Below are positions 9,874-19,402 of a DNA stretch of 64,000 nucleotides, one piece after another. The stretch comes from Candidatus Woesearchaeota archaeon. Lineage in GTDB: Archaea; Nanobdellota; Nanobdellia; Woesearchaeales; JABGXB01. The notes beneath the pieces are model-generated. The model was given only the letters and a program-made list of their open reading frames with translations, was not told where the DNA came from and did no database searches. Positions within the stretch are counted from its first letter, which is position 1. Each line of letters starts with the position of its first letter. Made by a program: the position numbers and the translations under genes. The DNA lies in the NCBI GenBank assembly GCA_018675975.1, contig JABGXB010000003.1, forward strand, positions 267,821-331,820. Reading direction: 5' to 3'.

Positions 9874-9948
9874 TAGCGGAGGAAGGATTTGAACCTTCGA
9901 CCTTCGGGTTATGAGCCCGATGAGCACTCCAGACTGCTCCACCCCGCT
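9874..9948 (-). tRNA. initiator tRNA-Met (CAT), archaeal type
   Basis: Cloverleaf read by hand: acceptor AGCGGGG/CTCCGCT gives A1:U72; anticodon stem TCGGG/CCCGA has three G:C pairs next to loop CTCATAA. No CCA is encoded. Confidence 0.85.
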
Positions 9949-10148
9949 ATAATTCTCAGACTTATTAACTATTTATAAAGATTTCTTTGATATTATTTTT
10001 TTTCTATTAAATAATATTCATTCATATTAAAAGATTAAACTCCACACATAAAAAGATTTCAATAAAACAAAATAGAATTGAAAAGTTTTCAATTACATTG
10101 AAATGTTTTTTAACAAGTTTATTTTAAACTAAATGTGTATATGAATTT

Positions 10149-11102
10149 ATGAAAACAAAAAAAACTTTAACTAATTTAGTTTTATCAAGTTTAATTTCAC
10201 TAACGGCTTTTTCTTATAACCCAATGGATACTGGCTATATAGATAATTATAATTTTTATACAAAAAGTGATGCCAGAGAATATATTGTAAAAGAAGAAGC
10301 TGCACTATTAAAACATAGAGCTAAAACAACTAAGAATGAAAATTATAATTTAATTGCAGAAAAATTATTAGACAATATTGAATTAATGAGTAAACAAGCA
10401 TTTCGAGATTTTGAAAAAATACAATTACCTGGGGTACAAATAATTTTAAGTAGTAAAAATTTTGAATCTAGAGTTCAAAATGCATATTTAAAACTAAATG
10501 AAAATTTCCAATTAGATCCGGAATTAAATCAAGCAATAAATAATTTTAATACTTATGAAATAAAAAAATATATTGAAAATCAAAATTTATCAAAAAGAAA
10601 AGATTTAAATTCAGCACAATTAGAATTATTAAATAAATATTCAAAAACAATTAATTCATTTTTATCAGAAAATTATGAAACATTTTCACAAAAATCTTTA
10701 AGTTTACTTTCAAATTATGATTTTAATACACTTGAATTTAAACAATTTAATGATATTCAATATAATACAGTTGATTTAATGTATAAAAAATCAATTGGTG
10801 CATATAATGATACAATAGATAAATTATCTCAAAGCCCATTTGAATCAAAAATATTTAATCAAGTAATTGGTTTAAGTAATAGCATGTTCGGTTTTTTTAA
10901 TAAATTAGATAAAAAATATGGAGTAACAGATAATTTTAAATTTATAATAAATAAAATTGAAACTTATGTAAATGATCAAAATAAAAAAAGAAAAGAAAAA
11001 ATCCAATTAGAATTTATAGATGAAAAAGCACAGTATAATGGAGGAGATTTAAAATATAAATTTCATATCGATAGAGACTCTATATTTCAAAAAATGTTTT
11101 AG
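10149..11102 (+). CDS. hypothetical secreted protein
   Basis: N-terminal signal-like segment MKTKKTLTNLVLSSLISLTAFS. No recognisable domain. Confidence 0.4.
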   Translation: MKTKKTLTNLVLSSLISLTAFSYNPMDTGYIDNYNFYTKSDAREYIVKEEAALLKHRAKTTKNENYNLIAEKLLDNIELMSKQAFRDFEKIQLPGVQIILSSKNFESRVQNAYLKLNENFQLDPELNQAINNFNTYEIKKYIENQNLSKRKDLNSAQLELLNKYSKTINSFLSENYETFSQKSLSLLSNYDFNTLEFKQFNDIQYNTVDLMYKKSIGAYNDTIDKLSQSPFESKIFNQVIGLSNSMFGFFNKLDKKYGVTDNFKFIINKIETYVNDQNKKRKEKIQLEFIDEKAQYNGGDLKYKFHIDRDSIFQKMF

Positions 11103-11149
11103 CCATTAAATTTATAAAAGATTTGCCTACCTTAGTTGTATAAGTCTAA

Positions 11150-11232
11150 GCTGAGGTCGCATAGTCTGGTATTGCGCCGGATTGCTAATCCGGTTCCTTC
11201 GGGAAGCGTGGGTTCAAATCCCGCTCTCAGCG
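11150..11232 (+). tRNA. tRNA-Ser (GCT)
   Basis: Acceptor GCTGAGG/TCTCAGC with discriminator G; anticodon loop TTGCTAA; long variable arm TTCC-TTCG-GGAA; T-loop TTCAAAT. Confidence 0.8.
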
Positions 11233-11356
11233 TTTTTTATTTATTTTATTATAGTCATCTATACTAAAAAAATCCAAATATATATTATGGATTTGAACTA
11301 AAAGTTCACTTTCAAATGCTCTGCATTTGAAAGGTCGAAAATAAATATTTTCAGAC

Positions 11357-11374
11357 AATCCCGCTCTCAGCGTT
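11357..11374 (+). repeat. 18 bp exact duplicate of tRNA-Ser(GCT) 3' end (aatcccgctctcagcgtt)
   Basis: Identical to 11217-11234. It is preceded by a degenerate T-loop-like ttcagacaatcc. Confidence 0.7.
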
Positions 11375-11422
11375 CTTTTTTTAATAATAATATTTTATAA
11401 ATTAACAAATCATAAAAATAAT

Positions 11423-11695
11423 ATGAGAACTTCTTTATATAAAAATGCAATTGAATGTTCAAATGCTCTTGATGAAAAATTAAAAGAATTTGAATTAAAA
11501 TTAATAAATCCTAAAGATCATTTTGGAAGAGATTTAACTTCTTTTGAAAAAGGAAAATTAGCATATATAAGTCACCTTCCTAATCAAGAATTAAATATAT
11601 TAAATATGGGTCCTCCAAAAAAATTTTATGAAAGATTCAAATATAATTTAGGACAATTATTTGCATCTTTTGTAGATTCATATAATATAGATTAA
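11423..11695 (+). CDS. hypothetical protein
   Basis: 90 aa ORF, no recognisable motif. Confidence 0.3.
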   Translation: MRTSLYKNAIECSNALDEKLKEFELKLINPKDHFGRDLTSFEKGKLAYISHLPNQELNILNMGPPKKFYERFKYNLGQLFASFVDSYNID

Positions 11696-11711
11696 AATTC
11701 TACAATATTTT

Positions 11712-13850
11712 TTAAAGATTTTTTTTATTATTATATTCTTTAATTTTACGAGACTGTTCTAAAAGAGTTTCTTCTTTTTCTTTTAATTTAAAATCAACAA
11801 AAGCAGATTTAAAATCCCTAACTAAATATTTATCATCTTTTGAATCAATATTATATTTAGAAATAATCATTTGTGATTGAGGCAAACCAATTTTATATGC
11901 TCTAGATAATTGTTGTTGAGTTAAATATGTTTCTTGAGAATTTATTTCTTTTATTCTTTCAATAATTTTATCTCTTTGTTCCCAATATTTATCTATAAAT
12001 TTTGCAGGATTAAAAAGAGGATCTGACATACCATTTAAAGGAATTAATGCACCCTCATAAGTAACTGCTTTTTTTGCTTTTTCTTCCTTTTTTTTACCAT
12101 GAACATCAATTACGGAATAAAATTCCTTTTCAGTTAAAATTGTATTTAATTCATCTTGATTATCTAAAATAAATTGTCCATATTCAGTAAGTGCATTTTT
12201 AATAGATTCTTGAGTTCCACCAGTAAATTTTGTTAATACAAGACCCGTATATCTTTGACCTTGTCTATATTTTTTTTGTCCTTCTAAAACCGTAAAAAAA
12301 CTAGACCAATTTAATGTTCCAAAATAAGTTTGAAGTACTAATAAATGTGTTTTCGAATGTGGCTCTTTTAAAAAATCCAAATAATCTTTATCAGTCAATA
12401 CATATTCATTACTATTAATTTCTTTATTTTCAGATTCAATTTCTTTTTGAGTAGCACCATCAAGAACAATTGCAGCTAAATCTTTGATTCCATTTTCAAT
12501 ATTATTATCTACAACTTCATCTGAAATAATAGAAACTAAACCTTTCTTTTTATTTTCTGATTCTACTTTATCTTTTAAAAATTGTTTTTGTCCATCTAAA
12601 ATTTTATCTCTATCATACCAAAAATAATCCATAAAATCTTTCAATACGTATTGTTCATTTTCATCAGGTTTAATATCAATACTTTCAAATATTCTATGAA
12701 ATTCTTTTCTTGTAATAGTGCTTTTCATCAGTAATATTGTTTTTAAATCTTCTTTTAAATAAGAATTATTTAATTGATCGTTATTTGTTTCATAAAAATT
12801 ATCTCTATTTTCTATGGAACTTAAAATTGCTTTTTCCTTTCCAACTAAATCAAAACATTCTCGTAAAGAAACACCAAAGTAATTTCCATCTTTTTTAAAT
12901 AAATTATCTAAATCAAAAGATTTAGTAAATTGTAATCTATCTTTATCTAAAATTTGATTATAAATTGCAAATAAAGTATACTTATTATGAGTTTGCTTAT
13001 AAAATTCATCTAATTTTTCAGATTCAAAAGTATTCTTTTCTAATGATTCAATAATAGCATGTCTTTTATCCCAATGATAATCAATAAAACCATGTAATGT
13101 AAAAACTCTTTGTTCGTATTCATCTTTAAAAATTTCTGACGAAATACTTTGAAAATGACTTTTAAAATTTCTTTCTGTAATATTAATTGCATCCATTACT
13201 ATTTTTCGAACATATCTTCGAGTTAATTTTTTACTTAAAACAGTTTCATATTCTTTTAAAAAAGTGTCTCTTCTTTCAATTGCTGCTTCAACATCTTTTT
13301 TCTTACCAGTTAAATCTCTATGTTTAAACAATAAACTTCCTAAATAATCACCCTCTTTATTTTTTTTCCCAAATCTAATTAATGGAGTAAAACTTGAAAT
13401 AGGTTTATCTGTAACTTCATTAAAAATTGCATATAATTCGTGTTTTGGATGATAAGTATTAAAAAATGTTTTTTCTTCTTCTTTTGGACTCTCTTTAACA
13501 ACTTCAGATTTTACATCCTTACTTTCGACTAAAGTCTCTAAAGCAATAGGAGCTTCAACAATAGGAATTTGAACAACAGGCTTAGATTTAATTTTTCTTT
13601 TCTCTTTTTTAACTTTGTCTTCAGTTTCAATATCTTTTTTTACATCATCTATATTTCTACTACTTGCCCTTAATAAAAAAGTCTCTAATGAAATTTTTGA
13701 TTGAGTTTCAACACTATCTTTTTCAACTGGTGTTTCTTTTCCCATTGTTTTATTTACAAAAAGAGTAAACGGACTGATTTCATTAGACTCGATCATTACT
13801 ATTGAGTTAAAAATAACAATTATAAACATTATACCAAATAAAAGATACAT
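11712..13850 (-). CDS. hypothetical membrane-anchored protein with three internal repeats
   Basis: N-terminal TM. Three copies of a ~14-residue motif h-D-Y-x-W-x-x-R-D-K-I-h-E (IDYHWDKRHAIIE, MDYFWYDRDKILD, IDKYWEQRDKIIE), about 150-200 aa apart. Confidence 0.4.
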   Translation of the reverse strand: MYLLFGIMFIIVIFNSIVMIESNEISPFTLFVNKTMGKETPVEKDSVETQSKISLETFLLRASSRNIDDVKKDIETEDKVKKEKRKIKSKPVVQIPIVEAPIALETLVESKDVKSEVVKESPKEEEKTFFNTYHPKHELYAIFNEVTDKPISSFTPLIRFGKKNKEGDYLGSLLFKHRDLTGKKKDVEAAIERRDTFLKEYETVLSKKLTRRYVRKIVMDAINITERNFKSHFQSISSEIFKDEYEQRVFTLHGFIDYHWDKRHAIIESLEKNTFESEKLDEFYKQTHNKYTLFAIYNQILDKDRLQFTKSFDLDNLFKKDGNYFGVSLRECFDLVGKEKAILSSIENRDNFYETNNDQLNNSYLKEDLKTILLMKSTITRKEFHRIFESIDIKPDENEQYVLKDFMDYFWYDRDKILDGQKQFLKDKVESENKKKGLVSIISDEVVDNNIENGIKDLAAIVLDGATQKEIESENKEINSNEYVLTDKDYLDFLKEPHSKTHLLVLQTYFGTLNWSSFFTVLEGQKKYRQGQRYTGLVLTKFTGGTQESIKNALTEYGQFILDNQDELNTILTEKEFYSVIDVHGKKKEEKAKKAVTYEGALIPLNGMSDPLFNPAKFIDKYWEQRDKIIERIKEINSQETYLTQQQLSRAYKIGLPQSQMIISKYNIDSKDDKYLVRDFKSAFVDFKLKEKEETLLEQSRKIKEYNNKKNL

Positions 13851-13873
13851 ATTAAAAAATACACATTAAAAAA

Positions 13874-15754
13874 TTAATTAAATATTTTAGAAACTTCTTT
13901 TGAAACAATAGTTGGATTAACTTTACCTTTTAATTTGCCCATTAAAATACCCATTAATTTTCCACGATTAATATTAGAATCAGATTTCATTTCAAAATCA
14001 ATAATTTCTTTTATTTTTTTAATTGCTTCACCATCATCTAATAATTTATATTTTTTAGAAATAATTTCAATAGTAGAATTAGTATTTAAAAATTCTAAAA
14101 TAATATCATAAATACAAGCGTGATCAATTTTATTTTCATTCCACAACTCAAAAATAAATCTAGCCATATCTAAATCCCAATTAAACTCTAAATTATCTTT
14201 ACGTCTTAATTCTTTTGGAATGGATAAAAACTTTTCTGCAATACTTGATGATTTTAAATTTTTATTATCTTTAATTAATTCTTCAAAAATATTATTAGAA
14301 TAATCTTTAGAAATATCACGCGCAAGATCTTCACCTAAACCTAAAGATTTATATCGGTTAATTTTATCATCAATTAATTCAGGTAATTCTATATTACTAA
14401 TATCAGGAATAATACTTTTAACATCAGTTTCAGGATACATTCGAGAAGATCCTGGAATCGGTCTCATATAAACACTTGTAAACGTTTTCACTACAGCTCT
14501 AACTTCATCAATTACCCCAATTTTAATTGCCATTCTTGCACGTCTATATGCAGCAAATAAAGCTAAAATAACTTTTTCTTTTTTATCTGCACAAATTATG
14601 AATGCATCTTTTTCTTTACAATTTAATTCATCAATAATATGATTAACTTGAAAATTTTCAATTCCGTATTTTGGCAATTCATCACTATGAAAAATACCAC
14701 CAACACCAGATTCAACTTTTGCATAATCAGATAATTCAGAACCCAATCTACGATTATCTTGAATTTCACATCCTAAAAAACCTTTAAAACAATTTAATTT
14801 AATACCATAAACAACTCCATTATTATCTAAAGCAGAATTAATTACCTTGCTATCAGAGTTCTTAAAAATATCAGATAAATCAAAAATTTCTACATCTTCA
14901 AAATCATTTATATTATCATATTCAACTAATTCTTGATGACCATTAAACATTTTACTTAATTCATGTTTAATTTTATTAAGATTTATTTGTCTTAGAATTT
15001 CACTATCTATAATAATTTGTAAATTTTTTAAATCTTGAGCACCCTTTAACTCAACACGATTTCCACCATGAATTGAAATATTTAAATCTTGTCTAATTGT
15101 ACCAAGACCTCTTTTAACTTTATTCGTACTTCTAAGTAGCATTCCAATTTGGCTTGCAATTTGTTTTGCATGTTCAGGTGTTTTAATAGAAGCATCAGTT
15201 GAAATTTCAATTAAAGGAATACCTTGTCTATCTAATCTATAATCAATAGAATTATTATTTTTTGCTATATCCTTACAAGCATCTTCTTCTAATAAAATTG
15301 AATCAATATTTACATTTCCTATTTCATTTTTTAAAATACCATCACTTGCAATTAAACTAGTTCTTTGAAAACCACTAGTAACTGAACCATTAGCAATTAT
15401 TTTTCTCATTACTTCAATTCGTTTTACAATTTTTGCATTAACAAGTTTTGAAAAAACTAAAACAACATTTAATGCATCTTTATTTAAATCATGAGGAGGC
15501 TCCTCATCTAATTCCACAGAACAAGTTGTATCATAATAACCCTGATAATTATAAATTAAATTTTTTTGCATTTCAACTTTAGCTGCCACATCCATATCCC
15601 CTGACTCACCAGAACTAGCATGCATTTTTCTAGTTATTATAAAATCAGGCTCATCATCTCGCAATATAGAAGGACAATTACAAAACAATTTATTAGTATT
15701 TAATTGCTGATGAATTTCAATACCAATTTTTAAATTTAATTTATTATAATCCAT
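13874..15754 (-). CDS. gatE: Glu-tRNA(Gln) amidotransferase subunit E
   Basis: N-terminus MDYNKLNLKIGIEIHQQL and GatE-length ORF. It is adjacent to gatD. Confidence 0.9.
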   Translation of the reverse strand: MDYNKLNLKIGIEIHQQLNTNKLFCNCPSILRDDEPDFIITRKMHASSGESGDMDVAAKVEMQKNLIYNYQGYYDTTCSVELDEEPPHDLNKDALNVVLVFSKLVNAKIVKRIEVMRKIIANGSVTSGFQRTSLIASDGILKNEIGNVNIDSILLEEDACKDIAKNNNSIDYRLDRQGIPLIEISTDASIKTPEHAKQIASQIGMLLRSTNKVKRGLGTIRQDLNISIHGGNRVELKGAQDLKNLQIIIDSEILRQINLNKIKHELSKMFNGHQELVEYDNINDFEDVEIFDLSDIFKNSDSKVINSALDNNGVVYGIKLNCFKGFLGCEIQDNRRLGSELSDYAKVESGVGGIFHSDELPKYGIENFQVNHIIDELNCKEKDAFIICADKKEKVILALFAAYRRARMAIKIGVIDEVRAVVKTFTSVYMRPIPGSSRMYPETDVKSIIPDISNIELPELIDDKINRYKSLGLGEDLARDISKDYSNNIFEELIKDNKNLKSSSIAEKFLSIPKELRRKDNLEFNWDLDMARFIFELWNENKIDHACIYDIILEFLNTNSTIEIISKKYKLLDDGEAIKKIKEIIDFEMKSDSNINRGKLMGILMGKLKGKVNPTIVSKEVSKIFN

Positions 15755-15759
15755 TTTAA

Positions 15760-17058
15760 TTATCTTAAAAAAGAATCCTTATTTATATGATTATCAATTT
15801 CACCCTTTAAATTTTTATTATATAATTCAAGAATTTGACTCAAATCTATATTTTTACTCAATAAATAAGCAATTTTACAAAAAGCAGTTTCTATAGTTGT
15901 ATCCATTAAATGTCCAGCAATATTTAATTCGCTTAATTTTCTACCAGTAGAATAAACATTTTGATTAATTCTTCCATAAATAGTTTGTGCTGTAAAAATA
16001 ATTGGAATTTTTTGACTCATATTTTTTATCCAATCATAAAATTTATTATGATTTATTGTAAAGTTATCAATTTCATTAATTGGCATATTCCCAATACCAA
16101 CAGAACATATAATTAATGCATCAAAATTATTATACATTTCAAATTCATCTATATGCATATTGGGATGAATATATAAGATTCCAATTTTTAAATTAGAATT
16201 TAATTTAATTAATTTATTTTCAATTTTCTTATAATAATTATATTTTTCAAATTCATATGTTTTTGAAATTTTATCTTCAATCACATTTACACTTGCAAGT
16301 TCAATAGAATTAATTTGTCGAAACGCACCTCTAAAAGTTGTATGCATTTTTCTTACATTAACACCTTTTAAAATGTGACAAATATTATCTGATTCATTTT
16401 TATGCATACAAATAAAGATTCCTGATTTATCATATGTAGATAAAAATTTACTTGCTGCAGCCATATTAATATAAGCATCACTACTTCCCCTATCACTACT
16501 TCTTTGAGCACCAACAATTACAACTGGAATAGTTAAATCCTCAAACATAAAAGAAAGTGCCGCACTAGTATAATGTAAAGTATCCGTACCATGAGTAATT
16601 ATAACACCATCATAATGATTTTCAACTGCTAACTTTATTTCTTCTGCAATTAAATTATAATGATCAAATCTCATATCTTCAGACCACATTGCAGCTAATA
16701 ATTTAGTATCAAAATTACAATATTTATGCATTAAGCTAAACATATTTAATAATTCTTCAGGAGTTATTTTACTAATTACACCACCTGTTGCATAATCAAC
16801 CTTTGAAGCAATCGTTCCACCAGTATGTAATATTAAAATATTTTTCTTATCAGACGAATGAGAAAATAAATTTTCAATTTCTTTTGAATTATTTTGACTA
16901 TTTTTTTTTATAATTTCAAGTTTAGAACTTGCAGGTAAAGAAATATTATAACCTGAAGATAATTTTAAAACAATAAAATCTCCATCTTGTTTAATAAAAA
17001 TACCTTCATATAATTTACCATCATTTTCAATTTGTATAAAATCTTTAAATTCTGCCAT
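15760..17058 (-). CDS. gatD: Glu-tRNA(Gln) amidotransferase subunit D (asparaginase-like)
   Basis: Asparaginase motif ILILHTGGTIAS and HGTDT. Confidence 0.9.
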   Translation of the reverse strand: MAEFKDFIQIENDGKLYEGIFIKQDGDFIVLKLSSGYNISLPASSKLEIIKKNSQNNSKEIENLFSHSSDKKNILILHTGGTIASKVDYATGGVISKITPEELLNMFSLMHKYCNFDTKLLAAMWSEDMRFDHYNLIAEEIKLAVENHYDGVIITHGTDTLHYTSAALSFMFEDLTIPVVIVGAQRSSDRGSSDAYINMAAASKFLSTYDKSGIFICMHKNESDNICHILKGVNVRKMHTTFRGAFRQINSIELASVNVIEDKISKTYEFEKYNYYKKIENKLIKLNSNLKIGILYIHPNMHIDEFEMYNNFDALIICSVGIGNMPINEIDNFTINHNKFYDWIKNMSQKIPIIFTAQTIYGRINQNVYSTGRKLSELNIAGHLMDTTIETAFCKIAYLLSKNIDLSQILELYNKNLKGEIDNHINKDSFLR

Positions 17059-17105
17059 AGAAATAGTTTTATTTAATGATTTTTAAATATTGTGACTATT
17101 AATAT

Positions 17106-18089
17106 TTAATTAAGCAATAAAGAAGTATCATATCCTGATAATTTATCCAAATCTAATAAATAATTATAAAAATCTTCAAAAGCAAGTCTTTGTGTAATAT
17201 CATCAGATTCAGCATATTTCTTACACCTATCAATCATATTTTTTAATCTATGATCTAAAAAATCCGTATTGGCACCAAAATCATTTTTATATAATACAGA
17301 ATGAATATCATACTTGGTATTCATCATACTGTAAAAACAACCAACAGCAAAATAAAATGTTCCATGTTCACTTAAATTATTATCTTCATAAAAATCCATT
17401 ATTAAATCAAATGTATCAGCATTAATCAATTCCATATTTGAATGACCAATCATTAAAGATCTAAAAGTGTGTTCCATTTTTGAAACAAGACAAGTGCCAT
17501 AATTTTCAGAATTATTATCTTGAATAAAATCATCAATATAATTTTTATCTGAAAATAAACCACCTTCAAATTTTTTTGTTAACTCAAATATAAATTTAGC
17601 ATGTTCAAAATTAATCCTAGAATCCTCTTTGTAAATCTGAGAGGCTTTTTCATAAAAATCATTACTTTCTCTTAAATGATTTGGAAACATATTTCCATCC
17701 AATTCCAAATAAGCCTTTCCTAAAGATAATAAAATATTTTTTTCTAATTCAGAATTTTTTTGGCCATGAAATATATAAGAAAGATGTAAATGTTTAATTT
17801 CACTCAATGGATCTTCATCATTAGAACATGATTTTGACCGTCTGTATAAATATAAAGCTTGTTCACCTCTTTGAAAAATAGGATATGTATATATTAAATC
17901 ATTAATTTCATTTTCTATATTAAATTTTAAATTCGTATGATAATCTTCACCATTAATTAATTCATGTTCAAGTACTTTGTAAAATGCACGAGAATAACAT
18001 TTTAATGAATCCTCAAAGTAACATTCAATCATAAATTCTCTGGCATGATTTAAAGTTGTAATTATTTGCTGTTTAATTCCTACTTCCAC
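17106..18089 (-). CDS. hypothetical protein
   Basis: 327 aa, no recognisable domain. Confidence 0.35.
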   Translation of the reverse strand: MEVGIKQQIITTLNHAREFMIECYFEDSLKCYSRAFYKVLEHELINGEDYHTNLKFNIENEINDLIYTYPIFQRGEQALYLYRRSKSCSNDEDPLSEIKHLHLSYIFHGQKNSELEKNILLSLGKAYLELDGNMFPNHLRESNDFYEKASQIYKEDSRINFEHAKFIFELTKKFEGGLFSDKNYIDDFIQDNNSENYGTCLVSKMEHTFRSLMIGHSNMELINADTFDLIMDFYEDNNLSEHGTFYFAVGCFYSMMNTKYDIHSVLYKNDFGANTDFLDHRLKNMIDRCKKYAESDDITQRLAFEDFYNYLLDLDKLSGYDTSLLLN

Positions 18090-18111
18090 AACTCATACCA
18101 AAATCATGTAT

Positions 18112-18678
18112 TTATAAAGGTTTAGAAAATAATTTATTTTTAAATTCAGTCAATTTTTTATCATAATGTAATTTTAAAATATATTGTGATAAGTAATGAA
18201 ATCTAAATTTAAAATCAGTAACATATTTTAAAAATTCATTCCAATTACACTCAATTACTTTTATTTTTTCTCCATTATCTAATGATTGATCATATTTTTT
18301 AATACAATTTTTTGCAATATAAAAATGACAATTCCATTTAATTTTCCCATCTTTATTAAACACTTTAAACAATTTCCAATCATTTGAAACAAAACCACTC
18401 TCTTCTTTTAATTCTCTTTTTGCTGCTTGTAATGGAGTTTCTCCATTATCAATTCTACCACCAAAACAACCATGAACCCAATTATTCATACTAGGTTGAG
18501 TTTCATAAGGAATACATATTTTATTATCTTTTATTGCCAAAATTTGAACACCATCTGCTGTAACTGCAGTTTCAAAATATCCAACTTTACCATCATACAT
18601 TTTTTCTTTCCAAGAATAAATATCAATAAATTTACCAGAATATTTTTTTTTCAAATTATTTTTTTTATTAAAACTCAT
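18112..18678 (-). CDS. NUDIX hydrolase
   Basis: NUDIX box GGRIDNGETPLQAAKRELKEESG. Confidence 0.7.
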   Translation of the reverse strand: MSFNKKNNLKKKYSGKFIDIYSWKEKMYDGKVGYFETAVTADGVQILAIKDNKICIPYETQPSMNNWVHGCFGGRIDNGETPLQAAKRELKEESGFVSNDWKLFKVFNKDGKIKWNCHFYIAKNCIKKYDQSLDNGEKIKVIECNWNEFLKYVTDFKFRFHYLSQYILKLHYDKKLTEFKNKLFSKPL

Positions 18679-18711
18679 AAAATAAATTAGACTTTTGCAA
18701 TTATAAAATTA

Positions 18712-19335
18712 TTATTTTTTAAAATCTTTTAAAACCATTTCTAATAAATCAGAATTACAATTAAATTTTTTTATTAATTCATGCTCAATATGTCTATTCC
18801 ATTTATAATTTTTCAAATAAACAGGTATTCCTTCATTTGCACATTCTAATGCATACCTTTCTGAATCTTCAACTATAAAAAGTCCATTATTTATTTTAAT
18901 TAATTCTGGTTTAGTAGGTCCATATCCATGATAATATTTTGTTGCAAAAAGTACTTTTTCAACTGAAGGAAAATGTAAACGGATATAATTTTCAGTATCT
19001 CCATATGTATCCATTAATCGACTAGTTAAACATTGAATTCTAAAATATTCAGACAAATCATTAATACAATTTTGTGCATGTGCAATTGGTATTAAATTTG
19101 TATAAGCACCATTTTTGATATATTTCTGAAAAATACTTATTACATATTTAGAATCATGATTAGTGTGAGTAGTAATATCAGCAGATTTTAAATTTTCAAA
19201 TAAAAGTCTATCATTACCAACTAAACCATGATATTCATTCCAAAAATTACAAAAATCAGGTAATAAATGCACTAAAACTTCATCAATATCAAAAAAAATT
19301 AATTTTTTAGAATTATCATTTAAATCAAATTTCAT
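18712..19335 (-). CDS. HAD-superfamily hydrolase, 5'(3')-deoxyribonucleotidase-like
   Basis: HAD motif I FFDIDEVLVHLLPDF resembles the NT5C family (DMDGVLADF). Confidence 0.4.
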   Translation of the reverse strand: MKFDLNDNSKKLIFFDIDEVLVHLLPDFCNFWNEYHGLVGNDRLLFENLKSADITTHTNHDSKYVISIFQKYIKNGAYTNLIPIAHAQNCINDLSEYFRIQCLTSRLMDTYGDTENYIRLHFPSVEKVLFATKYYHGYGPTKPELIKINNGLFIVEDSERYALECANEGIPVYLKNYKWNRHIEHELIKKFNCNSDLLEMVLKDFKK

Positions 19336-19402
19336 ATTTCAAAATAAAATAAGTTTTTTATAAAATTATGTTATTACTAATTAAATAATTAATATAAATT
19401 GA

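Noticed and set aside
11233-11356. Integrated mobile element between the duplicated tRNA-Ser(GCT) 3' ends
   Set aside because: Only 124 bp separates the repeats and there is no coding capacity. At most it is a scar or a small structured RNA, so it is reported as a finding rather than annotated as a mobile element.
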